Assembly (NCBI GenBank): GCA_049297495.1
Contig: JBAQUL010000015.1
Span: 64,609-128,608, forward strand
DNA from: Candidatus Moraniibacteriota bacterium
Lineage (GTDB): Bacteria; Patescibacteriota; Minisyncoccia; Moranbacterales; UBA2206
Direction: 5' to 3'
Length of the DNA: 64,000 bases
Positions 55,464 to 64,000 of this stretch are shown piece after piece. The notes beneath the pieces were generated by a model. It did not search any database. It saw only the letters and a program-made list of their open reading frames with translations, and was not told the origin of the DNA. The first letter of the stretch is position 1, and the number at the start of each line of letters is the position of its first letter. Position numbers and translations under genes: made by a program.

Positions 55464-55805
55464 TTACTTAGCTTTGACAGCTTTTGTCTTAGCAACTGTC
55501 TTGGCTTTCACTTTTTTATTCGGAACAATCTTGTCCGCCACGCTAACATATCTTCTTTGCACGAGCTTGCCCGTGAACGCACGAACTTTCTTGGTGGAGA
55601 ATTTCACAAAACCATCTGCGAGTGCGAATAATGTGTCATCTTCAGCTTGCTTCACATTCTTACCAGGATGATATTTTGAGCCGCGTTGGCGAATAATGAT
55701 TTGTCCGGTTTTGACTTTTTGATCACCAAAAATTTTAACGCCGAGTCTTTTGGATATGGAATCTCTTCCAAGTTGGGTAGATCCACCTGCTTTACGATGT
55801 GCCAT
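55464..55805 (-). CDS. rpmA: 50S ribosomal protein L27 with a Lys-rich C-terminal extension
   Basis: [29 protein letters not shown]...[13 protein letters not shown]. Confidence 0.92.
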   Translation of the reverse strand: MAHRKAGGSTQLGRDSISKRLGVKIFGDQKVKTGQIIIRQRGSKYHPGKNVKQAEDDTLFALADGFVKFSTKKVRAFTGKLVQRRYVSVADKIVPNKKVKAKTVAKTKAVKAK

Positions 55806-55919
55806 GAATGTTACGCGAAAATAAAAGCCGGGAATATGAAAATCTGTCCCGTACTAATCCGCAATTTATTTGATATAACTAACAAGATGTATTCTAGCGA
55901 ACTTATGCTATAATGTCAA

Positions 55920-56327
55920 TTGATGAGTAAGCTTAAAAGTTTCCTAATCGAACATGAACTGAAGCTGGTGCTGGTGACCGGATTTGTCTTGGTGGCGCTC
56001 ATTTCCTTTCAATTCGGCCGTATTGAAGGAAAAAAGGGCCAAAATAAGGCAATTGTAATAGAAAAGGTAGTAGAAGTGGCCAAAATTGACCCAGAAGGCA
56101 CGCCCATTGTGGCAGGGGTAAGTACGCCAGGAAGCACCCAAAACCCCACTGAAGCGAAAATTTTAGCCCCTAATTGCACCTATGTCGGCAGCAAAAGCTC
56201 CAACAAAGTCCACCTGCCGACCTGCCGCTATGCCAAATCCATCAAGCCAGAAAATCTCGTTTGCTTCAAGAGTTTGGATGATGCTGTGAAACAGGGGAGG
56301 GTGGCGGATAAGAATTGTATTAAATAA
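55920..56327 (+). CDS. Membrane-anchored protein with a C-terminal Ada-like Cys4 metal-binding domain
   Basis: TM helix. C-x(15)-C...C...C with VHLPTCRYAK...ENLVCFKSLDDAVKQG, as in the Ada_Zn_binding fold. Confidence 0.4.
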   Translation: MMSKLKSFLIEHELKLVLVTGFVLVALISFQFGRIEGKKGQNKAIVIEKVVEVAKIDPEGTPIVAGVSTPGSTQNPTEAKILAPNCTYVGSKSSNKVHLPTCRYAKSIKPENLVCFKSLDDAVKQGRVADKNCIK

Positions 56328-56336
56328 AAAATTGAT

Positions 56337-56498
56337 TCCTCCTCGCCCTTCGGGAGAGGATGTCACGAGCACGTGACAGGTGAGGGCAAGGGCGTAGGAA
56401 GCGGTAGGATTTTTCTGCAAAGGATAGTAAAATTTTATCAGAAGCCCTTGCCCTCATCCGCCCTTCGGGCACCTTCTCCCGGAGGGCGAAGGGGATCT
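56337..56498. repeat. GC-rich modular hairpin repeat, copy 2 (modules A, D, B, C)
   Basis: TCGCCC-TTCG-GGAGAGGA, TGTCACG-AGCA-CGTGACA, the long-range pair GAGGGCAAGGGC/GCCCTTGCCCTC, CCCTCATCCGCCC-TTCG-GGCACC, and CCTTCTCCCGGAGGGCGAAGGGGA. Confidence 0.8.
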
Positions 56499-56532
56499 TC
56501 TAAAGTTAATTATTTTATTAAAATAAACATTT

Positions 56533-57231
56533 ATGCAAAGAGACAATATCATTGTCATTTCTCTTGGTGGGTCTCTGATTGTGCCCGATGAAATCGATTG
56601 GCGGTTCGTGAAAAGCTTTAAGGATATTATTAAAAAACAAATAACCAAAGGTTCACGTTTCATCATCATCACCGGCGGAGGAAAATTATCGAGACGCTAT
56701 CAGCAAGCAGCCATCAAAGTCACAAACCAACTAACAGACGACGACAGCGACTGGCTGGGCATTCACGCAACAAGGATGAACGCGCATTTTATCCGCACAA
56801 TTTTCAGAGACAATGCACATCCGGTAATCAATAAAAATCCCAACGATCTTGAGGATTTCTACAACTTCAAAGAAAATATTTTGGTCGCTGCCGGTTGGCG
56901 CCCTGGATTCTCCACTGACTATGACGCCGTGCTTTTGGGTAAATATTTCGGGGTAACTAAAATCATCAATATGAGTAACATTGACTATGTTTGCGACAAA
57001 GACCCAAACAAATTCAAAGACGCCAAAAAAATCAAAACCATTTCCTGGCCGGATTTCCGCGCGATGGTCGGCAACAAGTGGGATCCAGGCATGAACGCAC
57101 CATTTGATCCAATCGCGTCCAAACTAGCCATGGAAGCCAAGATGGAAGTGGTCATCCTCAACGGCAAAAAACTGAAAAATATGGAAAACTGCCTAGAAGG
57201 AAAAAAGTTTAATGGGACGGTGATTAGTTAG
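56533..57231 (+). CDS. pyrH: UMP kinase (archaeal-type, amino-acid-kinase fold)
   Basis: IVISLGGSLI, IIITGGG, DWLGIHATRMNA and AAGWRPGFSTDYDAVLL. Length 232 aa. Confidence 0.7.
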   Translation: MQRDNIIVISLGGSLIVPDEIDWRFVKSFKDIIKKQITKGSRFIIITGGGKLSRRYQQAAIKVTNQLTDDDSDWLGIHATRMNAHFIRTIFRDNAHPVINKNPNDLEDFYNFKENILVAAGWRPGFSTDYDAVLLGKYFGVTKIINMSNIDYVCDKDPNKFKDAKKIKTISWPDFRAMVGNKWDPGMNAPFDPIASKLAMEAKMEVVILNGKKLKNMENCLEGKKFNGTVIS

Positions 57232-57261
57232 GTGTAAATTAGTATTTACTCAAAAAATGAT

Positions 57262-57786
57262 ATGAATAAAATTATAGACACGATTAATCATTTTACAGTA
57301 GTCCGTCTAGATAAGGACTTCGCAAAAAAACATATCGACATCCTTATTACATTGGCTAGTCAAATACCACTTGTATCATATGATGCAGAAAATATCTTAG
57401 CTGATTCAAAAAAAGGTAGAAAATTTATTGGCAAATGGATTCACAGTTTGGCAGTTATGGATGGAGATAAAGCAATCGCATGTATTTTTGCATATGAAAG
57501 GAAGGCAGAACTTTCTGGTTATTACTCACGTAATTTTTTGTATATAAGCGAGCTAGCCGTTGATAAACAGTATCAAGGGCAAGGAATAGCAAAAAAATTA
57601 GTGACTATCTTTCTAGAAAAAAATAAAACATTTAAGTTTTTGGATGGAAAAATACAGTATGCTGTACAAACAAATGAAGCGCCTTGGAATCATAACGTTC
57701 ATAAATTATATCTCTCACTAGGCTTTAAACAAACTGGGGAAAAAGCGTATGACAATCGAACAGATATGATTTTTACAAAAAACTAA
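57262..57786 (+). CDS. GNAT family N-acetyltransferase
   Basis: YQGQGIAKKLV matches the acetyl-CoA binding motif A. Confidence 0.75.
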   Translation: MNKIIDTINHFTVVRLDKDFAKKHIDILITLASQIPLVSYDAENILADSKKGRKFIGKWIHSLAVMDGDKAIACIFAYERKAELSGYYSRNFLYISELAVDKQYQGQGIAKKLVTIFLEKNKTFKFLDGKIQYAVQTNEAPWNHNVHKLYLSLGFKQTGEKAYDNRTDMIFTKN

Positions 57787-57824
57787 CCAGCTGAACCGAC
57801 AATAATTAACATAACAAATTTTTT

Positions 57825-58364
57825 ATGGAAAAGTGGAAATTAATGAAGTCTAAAAAGCTTTTTGAATCAAAATGGCTTACATTGAAGAATAACTCCTACG
57901 ATATTGGTGGTGGCAATATTCGTGATGACTACTACCATATTGATAGGCCCGACTACGTTCTCATTGTCGCCGAAGATAACGATGAAAAAATAATTGTTGT
58001 TCGCCAATATCGTCGTGGCGTTGATGAAATTCTATATGAGTTGCCTGCTGGCTGGATTGATAAAAAAGAGACTGTAGTACAAGCTGCCGAAAGAGAGCTA
58101 AGGGAAGAAACGGGATTTCAGGGCAAAGGAGTTTTGCTTGGCACATTAGCTACCCAGCCAGGTTTTATGTCCATGAAGGCGCATGTGGTCTTTGTAAAAA
58201 TTGAAGGAAAGCTTAATCTGAAAAGTCCTTCAGAAGATGAAGTGATTGAACAATTTTATTTTGGCATTGAAGATATTAAGCAAATGATAACAAGCGGTGA
58301 TATTAAAGATATGGGTTTTATATCTGCGATAAACTTGTATCTGCTAAGCCATAAAAAAGATTAA
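57825..58364 (+). CDS. NUDIX hydrolase
   Basis: Nudix box GWIDKKETVVQAAERELREETG. Confidence 0.8.
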   Translation: MEKWKLMKSKKLFESKWLTLKNNSYDIGGGNIRDDYYHIDRPDYVLIVAEDNDEKIIVVRQYRRGVDEILYELPAGWIDKKETVVQAAERELREETGFQGKGVLLGTLATQPGFMSMKAHVVFVKIEGKLNLKSPSEDEVIEQFYFGIEDIKQMITSGDIKDMGFISAINLYLLSHKKD

Positions 58365-58504
58365 GTACATGAACCCACTTCACTCAATTCAAATTTTCAC
58401 CGACTGGCTGACTTATTCGGCGTTTAAGATTTAAAAAATTCTTTTCTTGACATCATCCATCGCTTAAGATACTATTCTAATATAAATTAGAATAGTTTTT
58501 GTTT

Positions 58505-58813
58505 ATGCAGTTCAAATGTTGTGCTAAAAATTCAGCGGCGGAAAAGAATGTTCAAAAGACATACGAATTTTTGCGGGCCGTTTCAGATCCAAATCGACTG
58601 AAAATCATTTGCGTCCTGCAAGAAGGCGCCAAATGTGTGTGCGAAATTGTGCCAGTGCTGGGGATTTCGGACAAACTGGTTTCGCATCATCTGAAGTGTT
58701 TGAAAAATATTGGGTTGCTCGAAGAGGAGCGCGATGGCAATTTCATCCGTCACTCTTTGAATCGGAAAATGATTAAAAAGTATAAAGCTATTTTTAATCA
58801 AATAATCAAATAA
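58505..58813 (+). CDS. ArsR/SmtB family metalloregulator
   Basis: DPNRLKIICVL...CVCEI...VSHHLKCLKNIGLL winged-helix pattern. Confidence 0.8.
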   Translation: MQFKCCAKNSAAEKNVQKTYEFLRAVSDPNRLKIICVLQEGAKCVCEIVPVLGISDKLVSHHLKCLKNIGLLEEERDGNFIRHSLNRKMIKKYKAIFNQIIK

Positions 58814-58824
58814 AGCACAAATCT

Positions 58825-59058
58825 ATGAACATCAAAATATTAGGTACTGGCTGCCCGAATTGCAAAAAACTCGAAGCTAGTGTAAGGCAAGTTCTGGAAG
58901 AACTAAAAATAGAGGCTAATGTGGAAAAAATTACTGACATCGCGGAAATTATGAATTATGGCGTGATGAGTTTGCCGGCCCTAGTTATTGACGGGGAAGT
59001 GAAGCTGTCAGGTCGGATTCCTGACGAGGAAGAATTAAAAAACCTCTTTTCTAAATAA
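58825..59058 (+). CDS. Redox-active disulfide protein 2 (small thioredoxin-like, CPxC)
   Basis: MNIKILGTGCPNCKKLE...DIAEIMNYGVMSLPALVIDGEV. Length 77 aa. Confidence 0.8.
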   Translation: MNIKILGTGCPNCKKLEASVRQVLEELKIEANVEKITDIAEIMNYGVMSLPALVIDGEVKLSGRIPDEEELKNLFSK

Positions 59059-59076
59059 CCCAAATAATAAAAACGT

Positions 59077-59553
59077 ATGAAAAAAACAAATGTTGCGATT
59101 GCCCTGGGATTAGTGATCGTTAGCGGCATGATTTTTTATGCCCTCAAAAACAATCGCTCTGAAGCGCAAGGATCTTTAGACAAAAATTCAAAAAGCGGCG
59201 AAACTGTGCAAAACAAATCAGCGGATAAAGTGCAAGTTTTTCTCTTTCATTCGACGCAAAGGTGTGCCACTTGCATCGCTATTGGAAAATTAGCCGGCGA
59301 AACAGTCAACGAATTTTTTCAATCCGAATTGCGAGATGGAAAAATTGAGTTTCGTGAAATCAATATTGATCTGCCTGAGAATAAAGAATTGGCGCAAAAA
59401 TTCAAAGCTACCGGATCGGCGCTCTATCTCAATGTCATTTCAGCCGGAGCGGATAACATCTCCCAAGACACAAAAGTTTGGCAACTGACGAGCAACGAAA
59501 CTCAATTCAAGAGTTATTTGAAAAGCAAGCTTAATAATTATTTCGGCAAATAG
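59077..59553 (+). CDS. Secreted thioredoxin-like protein (CATC motif)
   Basis: Signal/TM anchor. FLFHSTQRCATCIAIG. Confidence 0.45.
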   Translation: MKKTNVAIALGLVIVSGMIFYALKNNRSEAQGSLDKNSKSGETVQNKSADKVQVFLFHSTQRCATCIAIGKLAGETVNEFFQSELRDGKIEFREINIDLPENKELAQKFKATGSALYLNVISAGADNISQDTKVWQLTSNETQFKSYLKSKLNNYFGK

Positions 59554-59554
59554 T

Positions 59555-60274
59555 ATGGACTTTCTCAATGCACTGCTTGATCAATATAATTTCCCAATAC
59601 TTTGGGCTTTTGTTTTGGGCGTGATGACTTCAATCAGCCCATGTCCTTTGGCCACCAACATCACTGCCATCGCTTACATTTCTAAAGACATCAAAACCGC
59701 TAAACATACTCTTGTTAGTGGTTTAAGTTATACACTAGGCAGGGCTATTAGCTACACGCTTTTGGCCACACTGATTTATTTCGGACTTTCTTCTTTTGAA
59801 ATTGCCAAAATTTTCCAAGGCTGGGGAGATAAAGTATTAGGCCTAGTTTTGATTATTATCAGTCTAGCAATGTTTGGCGTGATAAAAATTAATTTTGGCG
59901 GAGAATGGAAGCAAGGGGAAAAAATAAAAAAATGGCTAGCGAGTAAGGGCTATTTGGGTGCGCTGCTTTTGGGAATGTTATTTGCCCTCGCTTTTTGCCC
60001 ATTTAGCGGGGTATTATTTTTTGGAGTTTTAATCCCATTAGTGCTCAACTCGGTAGAAGGCTTGTTGCTGCCACCACTATTTGCCATCGGCACTGGCTTA
60101 CCTGTAGTTGTTTTCTCTTTTATCTTAGCGTTTAGTATTGGAAAAATGAGTAAGCTATATAACGCCACAACTAAAATCGAAAAAATATTGCGCTACACCG
60201 TGGCAACAGTTTTTTTCTTGGCCGGAATCTATTATCTGCAATTTTTAGTTAAATACTTAATCAACCTCATATAA
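59555..60274 (+). CDS. CcdA/DsbD-type thiol-disulfide transporter membrane protein
   Basis: SISPCPLATNITAI and 6 TM helices. Confidence 0.7.
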   Translation: MDFLNALLDQYNFPILWAFVLGVMTSISPCPLATNITAIAYISKDIKTAKHTLVSGLSYTLGRAISYTLLATLIYFGLSSFEIAKIFQGWGDKVLGLVLIIISLAMFGVIKINFGGEWKQGEKIKKWLASKGYLGALLLGMLFALAFCPFSGVLFFGVLIPLVLNSVEGLLLPPLFAIGTGLPVVVFSFILAFSIGKMSKLYNATTKIEKILRYTVATVFFLAGIYYLQFLVKYLINLI

Positions 60275-60287
60275 TCAAAAAACGTCA

Positions 60288-61256
60288 ATGAATATTTTCT
60301 ATCCCATCCAACTATTTTCCAATTGGCTTACAAGCACGGTTTTGGGAATTGCGCCTGAGGAACACTTGGCGGAAGTAATCAACTTTTTTATCTTTGACAC
60401 GATTAAGATTTTTTTCCTCCTCATTGTGATTATTTTCACAGTTTCCCTCATTCGCTCCTTTCTCCCGCCAGAGAAAATTAGAACCATCCTATCTAGTAAG
60501 AAAAAATATTTCGGCAATGTTTTGGCTGCGCTCCTCGGAATCATCACGCCTTTTTGCACTTGTTCCGCCATTCCGCTTTTCTTGGGATTTTTGGAAGCCG
60601 GCGTGCCACTGGGGACAACTTTTTCTTTTTTGGTTGCGTCGCCAATGATCAATGAAGTGGCGCTGGTTTTGCTCTTTGGACTATTTGGTTGGAAAATCGC
60701 CCTACTCTATATTGCGAGCGGGCTTCTTATCTCCATCTTTTCTGGAATTGTAATTGGTCATCTTAAGGTGGAAAATCTTGTGGAAGAATTTGTCTATAAA
60801 AATAAATTTAATGGACAATTTCAACTGCCGGAAATGTCTTGGAAGGAAAGAGTTAAATATGCCAAAAATTACACATTAGACATCATCAAAAAAGTTTGGC
60901 CATACATCATCATTGGCGTGGGACTCGGCGCGTGGATTCATGGCTATGTCCCAACAGATTTTCTGGCGCAATACGCCGGAGCGGACAAGTGGTATGCGGT
61001 GCCCTTGGCAGTACTTGTCGGCATTCCTCTTTATTCCAATGCGGCCGGCATTATTCCGTTGGTCAGTGCACTCACAGAAAAGGGCGTCGCCCTAGGAACA
61101 ACCCTAGCTTTTATGATGGCCGTGACAGCCTTGTCTCTGCCGGAATTTATGATTCTCAAAAAAGTGATGAAAATCAAGTTGATCCTAATTTTTGCCTCTG
61201 TTGTTGGAGTGGGAATAATTTTTACTGGCTATTTATTCAATTGGATACTAAACTAG
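60288..61256 (+). CDS. DUF318/ArsP-like permease (TPFCTCS motif)
   Basis: GIITPFCTCSAIPLFLGFLEAGVPLGTTFSFLVASPMINE and 8 TM helices. Confidence 0.75.
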   Translation: MNIFYPIQLFSNWLTSTVLGIAPEEHLAEVINFFIFDTIKIFFLLIVIIFTVSLIRSFLPPEKIRTILSSKKKYFGNVLAALLGIITPFCTCSAIPLFLGFLEAGVPLGTTFSFLVASPMINEVALVLLFGLFGWKIALLYIASGLLISIFSGIVIGHLKVENLVEEFVYKNKFNGQFQLPEMSWKERVKYAKNYTLDIIKKVWPYIIIGVGLGAWIHGYVPTDFLAQYAGADKWYAVPLAVLVGIPLYSNAAGIIPLVSALTEKGVALGTTLAFMMAVTALSLPEFMILKKVMKIKLILIFASVVGVGIIFTGYLFNWILN

Positions 61257-61260
61257 TTTT

Positions 61261-62514
61261 ATGCATAAATCAGACAAAAAATTTGACGTCGCAGTAATCG
61301 GCGGGGGACCAGCCGGAATGCTGGCGGCCGGAAGGGCGGCAGAGCTTGGGGCGAAAGTGGTGCTTTTGGAAAAAAATTCCGCGCTAGGAAAAAAACTTTT
61401 GCTCACAGGGAATGGCCGTTGCAACATCACACAAATTGATCACGATGCAAGAGAGTTTGTGGAAAAACTTGGCAAGAATGGCAAGTTTTTGTTTTCTGCT
61501 TTTTCTGTTTTTGGACCAAAGGAAGTGGTTGATTTTTTTGAGGAAAAAAATCTGTCCACCAAGGTCGAAAAGAATGGTCGGGTTTTCCCAATTTCTGACG
61601 ACGCGATAGACGTGCTTTCAACGCTCACGAAATATCTCAAAGACAATGGAGTTGAAATAGTCACGAACGCCCAAGTGTCTGGTTTTGAATTTACGGAAAA
61701 CAAAATTAGCGGCGTGAAATTGAAAGATGAAATAATTCATGCTGACAAATTTATTCTATGCACGGGTGGAAAATCTTATCCCGCAACTGGCTCAACTGGC
61801 GATGGCTATACTTGGACGAAAGAACTTGGGCATACGATTGCCCCTCCAATGCCCGCGCTTGCGCCAGTCAAAATCAAAGAAGATTGGGTCAGTGATTTGC
61901 AGGGACTGAGCCTCGAAGCGGCAAACATCAGTCTTTGGCAAAACGAAAAAAAACAAGCCAGTTTTCAAGGGGAGCTGCTTTTCACTCATTTTGGGCTGAG
62001 TGGTCCATTAATTATTAATGCGAGTAAAGAGATTAACGCGCTTTTGCAAAATGGTTCAGTCATAATTGAGCTAGAACTTTTTCCTGAGTTTACCGTTTCC
62101 CAGTTAGACAAAAAACTAGTCCTAGCTTTTGAGGAGAATAATCGGAAAGATATCAAAAATTATTTTCGAGAACTTTTATCGCGAAAAATGTTAGATTTAA
62201 TTTTGAAATTGGCTGAGATTGATCCCGACAAAAAGCTAAATTTTCTCACCAAAAAAGAACGCCATAAAATTGTGGCACTTTTGAAATCTCTGAAATTTAC
62301 CGTCTCGCAAGTTCTGGGATTTGAACAAGCGATGATTACTAGTGGGGGAGTAGCCCTCAAGGAAGTTGACCCCAAAACGATGCAATCCAAAATCATCGAA
62401 AACCTATATTTTGCCGGAGAAATTCTGGACCTTGATGGTCCAACCGGTGGATATAATTTGCAAATTTGTTGGAGTACGGGATATGTTGCGGGGACAAATT
62501 CGCTTACTAAATAG
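61261..62514 (+). CDS. HI0933/BaiN-like NAD(P)/FAD-binding flavoprotein
   Basis: FDVAVIGGGPAGMLAAGRAAELGAKVVLLEKN...GNGRCNIT. Confidence 0.85.
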   Translation: MHKSDKKFDVAVIGGGPAGMLAAGRAAELGAKVVLLEKNSALGKKLLLTGNGRCNITQIDHDAREFVEKLGKNGKFLFSAFSVFGPKEVVDFFEEKNLSTKVEKNGRVFPISDDAIDVLSTLTKYLKDNGVEIVTNAQVSGFEFTENKISGVKLKDEIIHADKFILCTGGKSYPATGSTGDGYTWTKELGHTIAPPMPALAPVKIKEDWVSDLQGLSLEAANISLWQNEKKQASFQGELLFTHFGLSGPLIINASKEINALLQNGSVIIELELFPEFTVSQLDKKLVLAFEENNRKDIKNYFRELLSRKMLDLILKLAEIDPDKKLNFLTKKERHKIVALLKSLKFTVSQVLGFEQAMITSGGVALKEVDPKTMQSKIIENLYFAGEILDLDGPTGGYNLQICWSTGYVAGTNSLTK

Positions 62515-62520
62515 CTCTAT

Positions 62521-62702
62521 TTAAAGTCTCTTCTCCCTCCGGGAGAAGGTGGCTGAAAGCCGGATGAGGGCACTTAAAATAATATCAAAGCCTCGTTTTA
62601 ACTAATCACTCTTTCTGTTTTGGAGAAAACCCTCACCTGTCACGTGCTCGTGACATCCCTGCCTACCGGCAGGCAGGCTCTCCCGAGGGGAGAAGAGGGA
62701 TG
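62521..62702. repeat. GC-rich modular hairpin repeat, copy 3 (roughly the inverse arrangement of copy 2; also contains module E)
   Basis: 62630-62657 is the exact reverse complement of 56356-56383. CCTGCCTACCGGCAGGCAGG lies at 62658-62677. Module A is present in both orientations at the two ends. Confidence 0.8.
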
Positions 62703-62708
62703 CTTGCT

Positions 62709-63167
62709 TTACCTAAATTTTAATTTATTATATTTCAAAAGAAAATAAAGCAAAAAATAAAAAATCAAAGCAATTACGATTGAAATAATAAAGAAACCAA
62801 CAAAAAATGGGGTGAGAATTTTGAGAAAAATTGTTTCCGTAAAAAAATATTTCCAACCCAAGCCATATGTTTCGTGAAAACTGTTCATCAAAAATTCCGG
62901 ACTAACACGGAAAATAAAACCGCCAACAGCCACGGCAAAGGGCAAAACAACGAAAGTCATCCACATATTGCTAGCGAGAACTCCAGCTGTCGCCGAAAGA
63001 CGATTGAAACGCAAAAAATAGGCAGTGATGAGTGTCGTCCCCACGCCTTCACCCGGCATAATGCCCCAAAAAACTCCCAAAGCGAAACCAGCTGCGACCT
63101 TGTGGGGCGTGTCATCAATCAAAAAAAACTGCTTTATGTATTGTTTGGTTTTTGTAATATAACTCAT
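62709..63167 (-). CDS. DUF2062 family membrane protein
   Basis: PHKVAAGFALGVFWGIMPGEGVGTTLITAYFLRFNRLSATAG. Confidence 0.65.
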   Translation of the reverse strand: MSYITKTKQYIKQFFLIDDTPHKVAAGFALGVFWGIMPGEGVGTTLITAYFLRFNRLSATAGVLASNMWMTFVVLPFAVAVGGFIFRVSPEFLMNSFHETYGLGWKYFFTETIFLKILTPFFVGFFIISIVIALIFYFLLYFLLKYNKLKFR

Positions 63168-63185
63168 GATAAACTTAAAAAAACA

Positions 63186-63324
63186 GTGTCATCCTGAGCG
63201 AAGTCCGTACTCGGACGTAGTCGAAGGATCTACTTTCCGATATCCAAGTCGCTACTATTTTTTTCAAAGCCTACGATAACAGTAGGCAGATTCTTCGACT
63301 TCGCTCCGCTACGCTCAGAATGAC
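63186..63324. repeat. 139-nt palindromic element, copy 2 (same terminal inverted repeats as 4016-4154)
   Basis: TGTCATCCTGAGCGAAGTCCGTACTCGGACGTAGTCGAAGGATCT...AGATTCTTCGACTTCGCTCCGCTACGCTCAGAATGACA. Confidence 0.8.
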
Positions 63325-63339
63325 AACAAAGAGAAACCA

Positions 63340-64000
63340 TTAACCCTTTTTCACAACCAAACTACTCGTCTTTTTATCTTCAATTTTGGCTTTTTCAATT
63401 TCCTTCTTGACCGGCGCTGGCAAAAGGTCGGAAACATTTTTGAGCGCGGTTTTATCGAGCTTCAAGACCTCCTGCCACCTTCCTAGAGGCTCTAGGAGAC
63501 TCTTAATCTTCTCTTCGTCATATTTATAGGTTACGCGTAAGCTTCGCGCTATAATGCCCTGACTGCCAAAAACTCGCTCGACACCTTCTTGACCCATGTA
63601 CGTCACAATATCATCTTGAATTTTTGCCAAACGGTCTTTGGTGAGCGACATGGCTGATTTAAGATCGATGTATTCGTCAATCAGTCTGGCAATCTCTTGG
63701 GTGTCAATTTTTCTGGCTTCCTTAAATTTATGCTTCCACATCGGGCAGATATTTTGATAGCCACACCAATCACAAAGTGGAGAGATGTTCGGTTCAAATT
63801 TTCCTTCCTCGATTAGCTTGATCGTCTCTAGAAATACCGCTTCATTTTCCTTGAGCTGCTCTTCTGTCCGCGTGGCGGAAAGTTTCACACCGTGTTTCAA
63901 GAAATAGAGACTAACCTTAAGCTTGTCTAGATTTTTTCGCTCATCTGGGTAATAAGAAAGAAAAGCAGCAAGATAGACGGAAAGTTGCATATCACCTTCG
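63340..64000 (-). CDS. PD-(D/E)XK nuclease with C-terminal Cys cluster (Cas4/RecB-family-like). The N-terminus lies beyond the window end.
   Basis: QLSVYLAAF (QhxxY motif) and CDWCGYQNICPMW, plus a C-terminal coiled-coil extension of about 130 aa. Confidence 0.5.
   Translation of the reverse strand, partial: EGDMQLSVYLAAFLSYYPDERKNLDKLKVSLYFLKHGVKLSATRTEEQLKENEAVFLETIKLIEEGKFEPNISPLCDWCGYQNICPMWKHKFKEARKIDTQEIARLIDEYIDLKSAMSLTKDRLAKIQDDIVTYMGQEGVERVFGSQGIIARSLRVTYKYDEEKIKSLLEPLGRWQEVLKLDKTALKNVSDLLPAPVKKEIEKAKIEDKKTSSLVVKKG

Noticed and set aside
1-64000. CRISPR array
   Set aside because: The repeat families found are palindromic and irregularly spaced, with 2-3 copies each at distant loci. 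There is no direct-repeat/spacer periodicity. The Cas4-like nuclease stands alone.

Overview
The window is an AT-rich (roughly high-30s % GC by eye), gene-dense bacterial chromosomal segment. Its gene content points to a small-genome, Gram-positive-like organism, plausibly Patescibacteria/CPR; this is an inference from the genes below, not a search result.

The supporting gene content is:
- a short ThrS, an archaeal-type PyrH, and ribosomal protein L27 without L21;
- many GT4, GT2 and GT-C glycosyltransferases;
- MurJ and an LCP-family protein;
- a type-A RNase P RNA;
- strong AGGAGG-type ribosome-binding sites.

Housekeeping genes:
- tRNA/translation: gatB, miaA, miaB, thrS, lepA, rplI, rpmA.
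- Riboflavin pathway: a RibD C-terminal fragment, a monofunctional riboflavin kinase, ribE and ribH.
- Pyrimidine metabolism: pyrG, pyrH and dcd.
- Protein quality control: clpB, two HtrA-like proteases and ctpA.
- RNase P RNA (rnpB).

Two large cell-envelope polysaccharide/glycosylation clusters sit at about 10.6-20.8 kb and 35.3-51.4 kb. They include a polyprenyl-phosphate sugar transferase, a Wzz-like protein, a DUF4012-like protein, two paralogous GT-C (PMT/ArnT-like) enzymes, a YdjC deacetylase, a DPM-synthase-like GT2, a Wzy/O-antigen-ligase-like protein and an LCP protein. An ArsR / redox-active disulfide / CcdA / DUF318-permease cluster lies at 58.5-61.3 kb.

Features worth a second look:
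1. A compositionally foreign, GC-rich ORF with its own promoter, inserted between the convergent ribH and miaB genes.
2. A small accessory block (20.8-25.3 kb) ending in a tyrosine recombinase. The recombinase is preceded by a densely structured, inverted-repeat region, and a core motif of that region recurs about 1 kb upstream.
3. Two families of intergenic palindromic, MITE/REP-like repeats: a modular GC-rich UUCG-hairpin family and a roughly 140-nt family with long terminal inverted repeats.
4. A ferredoxin ORF whose start appears frameshifted.
5. A perfect 28-bp palindrome inside a Wzy-like coding sequence.

I found no tRNA, rRNA or CRISPR array, and no recognisable phage structural genes.
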